64,000 bases of DNA from Zancudomyces culisetae HAW-14-8 (lineage: Eukaryota; Fungi; Kickxellomycota), in the NCBI GenBank assembly GCA_052426225.1, contig JBNJNM010000010.1:372001-436000 (forward strand). The letters are read 5' to 3'. Shown one piece after another: positions 33,150-41,500 of the stretch. Below the pieces are notes generated by a model. That model saw only the letters and a program-made list of their open reading frames with translations, was not told the origin of the DNA and did not search any database. Within the stretch, counting starts at the first letter, position 1. Every line of letters begins with the position of its first letter. A program made the translations under genes and the position numbers.

Positions 33150-35465
33150 ATGGCAACTTTTAAGCTGGTTCGACGACCTGTAAATCTGAATTGCAGGCCC
33201 ACTATTCTCAGCCAGTTCAACCCAAAAACAATCAACAAAGTCAACCTATCAAGACAGTTCTCGACGCTTTTGATTACATCCACCTCTACCAATTCTACTA
33301 ACACTAATGCAAATCGTCAATCGCTCAAGATAAGCGGAAATCTCCGATCAAATCTGGAATCTAGGCTTTCGTATCCAGCAAAACATGGCAAAACAGTGTT
33401 TTCTAACCAACAAACGTTTTTGAAAATGCATTATCGGGACTTTTCATCATCAAACATCCAGAGAGTGTCTGAGCGCTTGCAAACCAAAAACCAAAAAATC
33501 GAAAAAATAAGAAATGTGGGTATTATTGCACACGTTGATCACGGGAAAACCACCCTCGTTGATGCATTGCTGAAACAAGCCGGGCTGTTTGCTGGTGGTG
33601 AAAACGGAAATAATGTTTGTGTTATGGATTCCAATGAGCTGGAAAGAGAAAGAGGGATGACCATTTTGAGTAAAGCAACGTCATTTATGTACAAGGGCTA
33701 TAGAATAAATATCGTAGACACACCTGGGCACGCAGATTTTGGCGGAGAAGTAGAAAGAATCCTTTCTATGGTCGATAGTGTGGTTTTGGTTGCCGACGCA
33801 ACTGAAGGACCTATGGCCCAGACAAAGTTTGTGTTGACAAAGGCACTCCAAAGAGGACTAAACCCCATCGTTGTGTTGAACAAAATGGATAGACCTACGT
33901 CAAGACCTGATGAAGTTGATTCAGAACTTCTAGAGCTGTTTATGGCACTTGAATCTACCGATGCGCAGTTGGAATACCCCCTGTTGTATGCATCAGCAAA
34001 ACAGGGTTGGTGTACCAGATCAATGGATGATGCAAATGAGAAAATCAACACCCCACCATCTCAAACCTCTATGGAACCGTTACTGGACGCAATAATTGAC
34101 TATGTACCATGTCCAAAACCATTTTCGCCAGAGAGTAGTAATACTGAAGGGGTTGAACCATTCAGAATGTTAGTTACGCAAATGGAACCCAACCCATATC
34201 TCGGCAAATGCTATCTTGGAAGAGTATCAAGTGGAAAAGTAAGAGTTGGAGACCAAATAAAAACCATCAATCCCGTCGACTATTCTGCGGAGAAAATGAG
34301 CCAACCAGGTTACCAGCCAGCACCTACTGAAATCGGAAAGGTTTCGAAAATATATGCTAGAAGAGGATTGGAAATTGAGGAGTTGGAAGAGGCGGTCGCT
34401 GGGGACATTGTAAATATAAGTGGTCTGAAGTCAGCAAGTATTAATCACACGCTATGCTCACTTGATGTGTCTGAGCCACTACCATTTGTTCCTGTGGATC
34501 CACCTACTGTTTCTATGAGTTTTGGGGTAAATGATTCTCCGCTGTCCGGAAAAGAAGGATCCTTGCTTACACTAAATCTGATAAGAGATAGATTGTTAAG
34601 AGAAGCAGAAACCAACATTGCTCTACAAATTATACAAAACAAAGAAACGGACACATACGAAGTTCGAGGCAGAGGCGAACTTCAACTTAGTGTCCTGATA
34701 GAAACAATGAGAAGAGAAGGGTTTGAACTATCTGTCAGCCCGCCAAAAGTACTCTTTAAGCGAGATACCACAGCCTCTAGCAATGGAGGAAAAGACAATG
34801 TTTCAATTTTGGAACCTATTGAGGAAGCTGTCATTGATGTCGACAATGAAATGGCGGGAATAGTCATAGAAAAGCTTACAAAGAGAAAAGGTGACTTGAA
34901 AAAATACCTGGATGTAGCAAACAAAGCTCGCCTTGTCTTTGAAATACCTACACGAGGCCTGTTGGGATATCTAAGTGAACTCAAGAACGATACCAGAGGA
35001 ACTGGAGCAATGACAAACTCGCTTCTAAAATATGATAAATACAGGGGCGATATCGAAAAAGCACGTAAAGCCTCGCTTATTTCTACTGGGCCCGTGTCCT
35101 CTGCAACTGCCTACGCACTCAACATGATCGAAGCAAGAGGTAAATTGTACATTCGACCAGGAGAAATGGTATACCCTGGAATGATTGTTGGAGAATTCAA
35201 TAAGGATCACGGCGATCTGGAAGTGAATCCAACAAAGGCCAAACAACTAACCAACATTAGAACCGTCCACAAGGATGAAAAGGTTAGTTTAACCCCCGTT
35301 AAGCCATGGACTCTTGAGGAAGCTATTTCGTTTGTAAACCCTGATGAAAAGATTGAAATCACACCAAGTGTCATTCGACTTCGCAAAGCCGAGCTGGATC
35401 CAAACAAGAGGAAACAGATGAAGAGAAAGGCAGATAGTGGTATTGAAGCTGGTCTGATTATTTAA
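33150..35465 (+). CDS. typA: Translational GTPase TypA/BipA with mitochondrial presequence, 771 aa
   Basis: IRNVGIIAHVDHGKTTLVD, MDSNELERERGMTILSK, IVDTPGHADFGGEVERILSMVD, EGPMAQTKFVL, NKMD, VRGRGELQLSVLIETMRREGFEL and the BipA C-terminal VNPTKAKQLTNIR..EITPSVIRLRK. About 115-aa basic/hydroxylated N-terminal extension. Confidence 0.95.
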   Translation: MATFKLVRRPVNLNCRPTILSQFNPKTINKVNLSRQFSTLLITSTSTNSTNTNANRQSLKISGNLRSNLESRLSYPAKHGKTVFSNQQTFLKMHYRDFSSSNIQRVSERLQTKNQKIEKIRNVGIIAHVDHGKTTLVDALLKQAGLFAGGENGNNVCVMDSNELERERGMTILSKATSFMYKGYRINIVDTPGHADFGGEVERILSMVDSVVLVADATEGPMAQTKFVLTKALQRGLNPIVVLNKMDRPTSRPDEVDSELLELFMALESTDAQLEYPLLYASAKQGWCTRSMDDANEKINTPPSQTSMEPLLDAIIDYVPCPKPFSPESSNTEGVEPFRMLVTQMEPNPYLGKCYLGRVSSGKVRVGDQIKTINPVDYSAEKMSQPGYQPAPTEIGKVSKIYARRGLEIEELEEAVAGDIVNISGLKSASINHTLCSLDVSEPLPFVPVDPPTVSMSFGVNDSPLSGKEGSLLTLNLIRDRLLREAETNIALQIIQNKETDTYEVRGRGELQLSVLIETMRREGFELSVSPPKVLFKRDTTASSNGGKDNVSILEPIEEAVIDVDNEMAGIVIEKLTKRKGDLKKYLDVANKARLVFEIPTRGLLGYLSELKNDTRGTGAMTNSLLKYDKYRGDIEKARKASLISTGPVSSATAYALNMIEARGKLYIRPGEMVYPGMIVGEFNKDHGDLEVNPTKAKQLTNIRTVHKDEKVSLTPVKPWTLEEAISFVNPDEKIEITPSVIRLRKAELDPNKRKQMKRKADSGIEAGLII

Positions 35466-35760
35466 TCCAACATTTATTTCCTCTTTTTCATTTTATATAT
35501 ATATATATTTATTTACTCATAACTCTGTTTTTTTTTCGTTTTCATTTATTACACGACGATTCTTTAGATTGAGGAACTTGTATAAACGCACTTTAATCCT
35601 TTGTTTCAAAAATATATGTCAATGTAGATACATTTATCTAGGCTAAAAATAAAATAAAAAAACTTTATGATCATTCAAAACAGCAAGCCTTGTGACAAAC
35701 GGCAAGAACGGCTATGAGTTAGCAAAGTATCTTTATTACCAGCGCGCCTTTTCCTTATTT

Positions 35761-37401
35761 TTACATTTTGGCTTTGATCTTGACATCTGTCATGATGTCT
35801 CTATCTTCCCACCCACAAGTATTGATGGACGACAATCTATTTGGAGTTGAAAAGAAGAACTTTGGAAGCGGGTAGTCCCAAGAGTCAATATTGTTTTTGC
35901 CGTTTTGGCTCCAGATGCTGGGGTTCAATCGACGGGCTGGGTTTGTTTGGAAACCAGCTTCGCTCAACAATCGGTTGTTAAGGTCGAGTTGTTCACTACC
36001 GCTGTGTACTGATCCGGTTATCTGTTTTCTGGCTTGGATCTCTGATGAAGACATGTATTCTTCGCCTACAAGTCTGGCTATTTCACGTCCACAACGGAAA
36101 CAGCGTGGCATTCCGTGAGCCGAGAGACCTGCCAAGATCCATTGTCCAGTCACTAGACTGCCTTCGTCATCATATACATTGCCTACGTATGGTGCATCAT
36201 CATCAGAAAATCCCATGATTCCTGTCCACTCTCTAGCATCATAGTTTATTCTCTCATCTTTGCCCATATGCGAAAACACTGCTCGGTTAAAACTCTCTCG
36301 TAGCGCCTTGCTCAGATTTGGGTTAATTTCCGAATCGTTCGCTGTTCCTACCTCCAGAGTATCTGAAGAAGTTCTGAAACCACCATAGATCAATCTTCCA
36401 TTAGGATAATCGCGTCTCATGGCGTATTCCAATCCGCCCCTCATACTCAGACCAAATGGGAACAGCTTTGGCATGAATGCTGGGTTTGTGGAGATGACTT
36501 GCGCTCTTACTGGGAAGATTCTTCCTCTATACTGTTTCAATAAGTGACCTGCATATGCATTGGTTGCGTGTATCACATCTCTACAAATAATTCTTTCACC
36601 ATTTTCTGTTAGAACGTTCCAAAAGACGTCTCCTTTGGCTCTACGATCTTGTGGAACAGCTTCCTCCACCTCGGCACTTGTCGCTGGTTCGATTCCAACA
36701 ACAGGTGTATAGGTATAAAATCGGAGTCCCCTCTCAATGCTCTTGTTAAGTAGGAACCAAATCAACCTACCGGGATACAATTGACCACTAGGAATCTTTA
36801 TAGCGCCTACATACTCTGTTGTTCCCAACATCTCTTGCATATCCTTCTTGGACAAAATATGCTGACCAGTAATACCCCATTTTCTAGCCTCCTCCAAACT
36901 CTTTATGGCAGTTGCGTATTCTTCAACGTCCGTATATACCTCAATGTTTCCAGCTGCCCTGAACTCACAGTCTATTTTGTTTTCTTTAATAAACCGTCCA
37001 AGCTGATTCATACTGATTTGTTCAAAGATTCTAACGGCAGTTGCATCCATTGCTCTGTTAGGAAAGACTTGAGAGTCGGTAAGGAATCCCCTATGGTTAT
37101 CTGGAATGATATGACCACCGTTTCTTCCGGTAGCCCCACCACAAGCTTCACGCGCCTCTACCATTGTCACAGTAAAGTTGGACACGGTTGGATTCACTAT
37201 TCTGGTTTTTTCATCGACCAACATGTGGTAGGCAATTGAAGCACCTGAAAACCCAGATCCAATAACCAAGACATCTGTGTATCTTGAAAGGTTCTTGGAG
37301 GATTTAAAGTTCTTTAGCGGGTTTTCATCGAGCCAGACAGATCTTGTTGGGTTTTTTGTTGGAAGCCCCGGATCTCTTGTGAATGGGTTGTCAGAGGTCA
37401 T
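35761..37401 (-). CDS. FAD-dependent oxidoreductase (DAO/PuuB-like), 546 aa from the likely ATG at 37401
   Basis: DVLVIGSGFSG (GxGxxG), EAREACGGATGRNGGH, VIHATNAY, IFPVRAQV, WTGIMGFSDDDAPYVG and GLSAHGM. C-terminal AKM. The frame is open upstream to 37707. Confidence 0.9.
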   Translation of the reverse strand: MTSDNPFTRDPGLPTKNPTRSVWLDENPLKNFKSSKNLSRYTDVLVIGSGFSGASIAYHMLVDEKTRIVNPTVSNFTVTMVEAREACGGATGRNGGHIIPDNHRGFLTDSQVFPNRAMDATAVRIFEQISMNQLGRFIKENKIDCEFRAAGNIEVYTDVEEYATAIKSLEEARKWGITGQHILSKKDMQEMLGTTEYVGAIKIPSGQLYPGRLIWFLLNKSIERGLRFYTYTPVVGIEPATSAEVEEAVPQDRRAKGDVFWNVLTENGERIICRDVIHATNAYAGHLLKQYRGRIFPVRAQVISTNPAFMPKLFPFGLSMRGGLEYAMRRDYPNGRLIYGGFRTSSDTLEVGTANDSEINPNLSKALRESFNRAVFSHMGKDERINYDAREWTGIMGFSDDDAPYVGNVYDDEGSLVTGQWILAGLSAHGMPRCFRCGREIARLVGEEYMSSSEIQARKQITGSVHSGSEQLDLNNRLLSEAGFQTNPARRLNPSIWSQNGKNNIDSWDYPLPKFFFSTPNRLSSINTCGWEDRDIMTDVKIKAKM

Positions 37402-38063
37402 TTTCTCTTTATGAGGATTGTCTTCTTTTTTGTTTACTGTGATAATATGATTTTGTGTTTTGATTTTGATTAGGTTAATCCGCTTAAATTGACACTTAAC
37501 CTGGCTGATATTTGATACCGTTTGTTTGGTAGATGAACAGGGGAAAAGGTTGCTAGTTTTTATAGTTTTTTTTTCTTTTTCTTTTCTTTGCAAAATTAAT
37601 GCGACAAACCTGAAACTTTGTGTTTCAGTTTTTATAATTAAAGTAAAACAACAGGAAAAAAAATCAGGCGATGCGATGCGATACAATCTAATCTTTTCTT
37701 TACTCATTTAACTTAGTGAGACATCAAAAAAAAACTGTGTTCTAGGGGGAGAGGGAGGATAAGGAAAGGTTAAATGGAAGTATAACCTCTAGTTACAAAA
37801 AATTGCATTTGAAAAAGTGTCATAAAACTATTTCCATCAACGAATAAATTAAAACGTAAACTAAAAATGCTGAATTTTTATTGCAAATGATCCTAACTGT
37901 TTAGATGTTTTCCAATCATTTTTTCTTATCTCCCCGCGATGACTTGGGTAGTTTACATGTATTTTTTTGTGCTTGATTGATTGAGTAAATCCTCCATACA
38001 TTAACATTAACTCCCAATAGTGAACGATTCCAGATTTATGAATCATCATGGACAATGGGTTGT

Positions 38064-38091
38064 GTGATTTGTGATTTGTGATTTGTGATTT
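38064..38091. repeat. (GTGATTT)4 heptamer tandem repeat upstream of the FAD oxidoreductase
   Basis: Directly visible, 28 nt. Confidence 0.85.
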
Positions 38092-38520
38092 AATTGGGAG
38101 GAAATTTATTATTGCAGAAAAACAAACAAGCATATCTTATGATAAAAAGCATGACAGAGATTACCCATCAAGTTCAGTTCGCAATAATAAAGTACTCTTT
38201 TTTATTCATGGTATGTTCTAATAAAACGATGGAGGACATGCACAATCCTTTGCAAATGTCAAAGAACATTGAATACTTGGATTCTCTGTACTTAAATTAA
38301 TGCACATACTTTATGAGCATGTAGTATAAGATATTATTCAAGAATCCAAATACATTGTACAAAACAAACAAAAAGGAAAAAATACGATTAACAGTTATGA
38401 TAGTATAAATAACAAGGAATAAGATAGATGAATATAAAACAAGTGCTAAAGTCTAAAAAAATAATTAGTAAAAGTGATAATATGGCCAAAAAGTTGTAAG
38501 AAAAATAATATGAAATATAG

Positions 38521-41500
38521 TTAAAGGCCTAGAGATCTAAAGGTAGGGAGTATAGTTTTGTGATTTTGAGACTCTATATTTCCTCCATTATGGTAGTTTG
38601 TGCGATGCTCGTCGTGTTCCAAAGCATAGTTATATTCCGCGTTATGATATTCATTCTCTTGGCGGGCGGATGAGTAGTGGTTGTCATAATCATTATCGGG
38701 GCTAGTACCATCCATACCATCAATATATTCATCATCATCATCCCCATCCTCACAACCATCCTCATCATTATGACCTCTATGATTTTTAGTGTTAATGTGG
38801 CGATCGGTGGGGATACTGCTAACAATGGTGCTGTTTCTATTTTTGCTACTATTACCGCTACCATGTGCTTGGCCGTGACTGTGGCCACGATTATGGTTAT
38901 GACTACGACTATGGTTACCACTATGACTATGACTATGGCTGTGGCCATCAAAAGAATGTGTAGATATGGCACCAGGAGGAACATTGGTAGGGATGTCAGA
39001 TGCAGAGGTGTCAATGTTATTAAGCGAATAGTTATCACCATGATTACTATTACTGCTGTTGAGACGTTCAACTATATTTGTAGGAAAGGGTGGATCAGGA
39101 TTGTTGGTCGGTGGATAATGAGATTGAGTATGGGGATGGATATGGGGATCAGAAACGTTATCATTGTGATCATATGAACGGGGTTTAGAATTTCTGGAAC
39201 TTTCATCCATCCTTATGAGCTGCAGATCATCTATGCTAACCATACGGCTGGTATTCGAAGCGGAAACTTGCATGTTTTTTATAGTTGATAACTCAGTTAT
39301 CGAAGAACCAAACCCAGCACTCAGGCTGGAATATGGATACGGATGGTATCGATAGTCAGCATACGCAGAAGACGAAGATTCAGGCAGTCGATTGGATTTT
39401 TGAGAAGGTGGAAACCCAGCACGGTTGTAGTTGGAATCTCTGGCACTTTTAAATTGCTCAATAGCTTGTTGGACTGTGGGAGAAATGTTGTCGACAACCT
39501 GGCTATTTCGTCGACTGTGGCTGTAATTATTTGTGCTGGCAAGAGCATTAGTAGACAATATATGGTTCGCATTATAGAAATCAGACTCGAGAATTGGCGG
39601 TGATCGCTTCCACGACGACGCACTGGATTCCTGAGGTTTTTTCGTGGGTATGGATTTGTAGTAGGCAAGATCCATTGTCTTTGGTTTTACGTAGCTGCCC
39701 TTGACGTAGTTGAAATTCTGGTTGTATCGAAAGATTGGGTTTGTGTGCCCAAAACTGCTGTCGTAGGCACGAGAATAAGCATTTGGCGGTCGATTTGGGC
39801 GTGAATTAGAATATGAATGGATGGAAGCTGGCGTTTGCGTTTGCGTTTGCATGGTTGACTGAATGTTATTGCCACTTCGTACACGCGAAGTAATATGCGG
39901 ACTCTCGGAGGACTTTGTACGACCGTCTTCTCTAAGAATAAGTGTGGATAAAAACGAATCGCGCATTGACAGGAGACGAGAAGCACTAGCGCTATTAGGG
40001 TTTTCGGTGGGACTTTGCTGCCTCATACTACCTGTGCTTGACATCCCAACATAGCGCCGAGTATCTGCGCTGATATTGGTGTTAATAGATAGGCTGTTAT
40101 TAATGTCGTGTGTACCACTATATGATTTCCCTGACTTGGTACTGGACATTACCTCTCCACTATGTTCGTCGGTGTTGTATAAATAGGAATCTACATATTC
40201 TTTAGGATGCTGCATATTACCATGACTGTAGTAATCTTGCCCGCCTTTACGCCGTTTGTTATCATAAAAATATTTTGTATCAATGTTTGGGTGATAGTGA
40301 TCATAGCGACCTCTATTAATAAGCCTGGGTTTGCCTGTGCTGTAGCTGTTGGAAAAGTCCCTGGAGTTGGGAACATTTGAGGACTTCAGGCCAGAAATAA
40401 CAAAATGGTGGAAAATGGATTCGGTCGACTGGGTGTCGTATACATCAGGCGATTTGAATGGAGACGAGTGGCTCCCTTGGATTTTAAAAATCACATTCTC
40501 AATTTTTTGTATTTCCGAATCAATCCCCCAATAGTGAGATAACGAACTCAATACAGTTAAAATGGAGGCAAGACTCTGTAATATTTTGTACAGTGAATAC
40601 GGTGGTGCGATCATTTCAGAAGTGCGGGAGGTGTTTGCTTGCTTATTGTATCCACCATTTTTTTCACTGATGGATTTTACATACCACACACTGACATTTC
40701 GGCTGGACGATGAGCTGTCTTGCACTCGAATTTCTCTTTTAAACAAGGCAGCTCTAGAAAACTCGCCAATTCGAATACGGTGAACACCCGCAAGCTTCCT
40801 GTATAACGCCTCCCATCTTGGATATAGCCAGAGGTTAAGAATCAAGATTCGCACTGCACCTATTAGTGTTGATTTAATACAAACACTATTTTGCAACATT
40901 CTTGATATTGTTTTGATAAACTGTTCAAAGCTGTTTATTCGTGTTTTGTTCTTGGAAATGTCGAGATTCATCGACAAAATCGAGTTGAAGGTCAGCGATC
41001 TAGAAAATCGAAGACATTCTTCTGCTACATCCATTGCTGTCTTGGTGCACTCCTTCCACGACTTTACCACACCCAGGGATGGTATCAGTCCCCACCCACC
41101 CAGTTTGGCCGAAACTCCCATGTCTGTAGCATTTGAATCACTGCTATAAGTATGAAACCCTGACCCTGATCTTGATCCTGGTCTCGATCCCGATCCTGAC
41201 ACTGACCCTAATATTGAACCTGAACCAGGTTCCAGCCCTATTCCCAATTCCGATCCCAATCCTTTTTTTCTTTCTTTATATGAAAAAACTCTTTCGGACT
41301 CGTCCACCAAGTCATTTTCTTTATAACCCTCGGGGTATTCGTCGAACGACCGCCTTCCGCGGCTAGAGAATACCGATATCATCTCTTTTGTCTTTTCAAA
41401 CCCTGAGCCAATGTACCTCCCGCTTTTGGTCTTTTCCAACATGTTCTTTATATACTCATGGAGTGTTACAACAGAGATAATCGATGGAAGAAGAGGAGTA

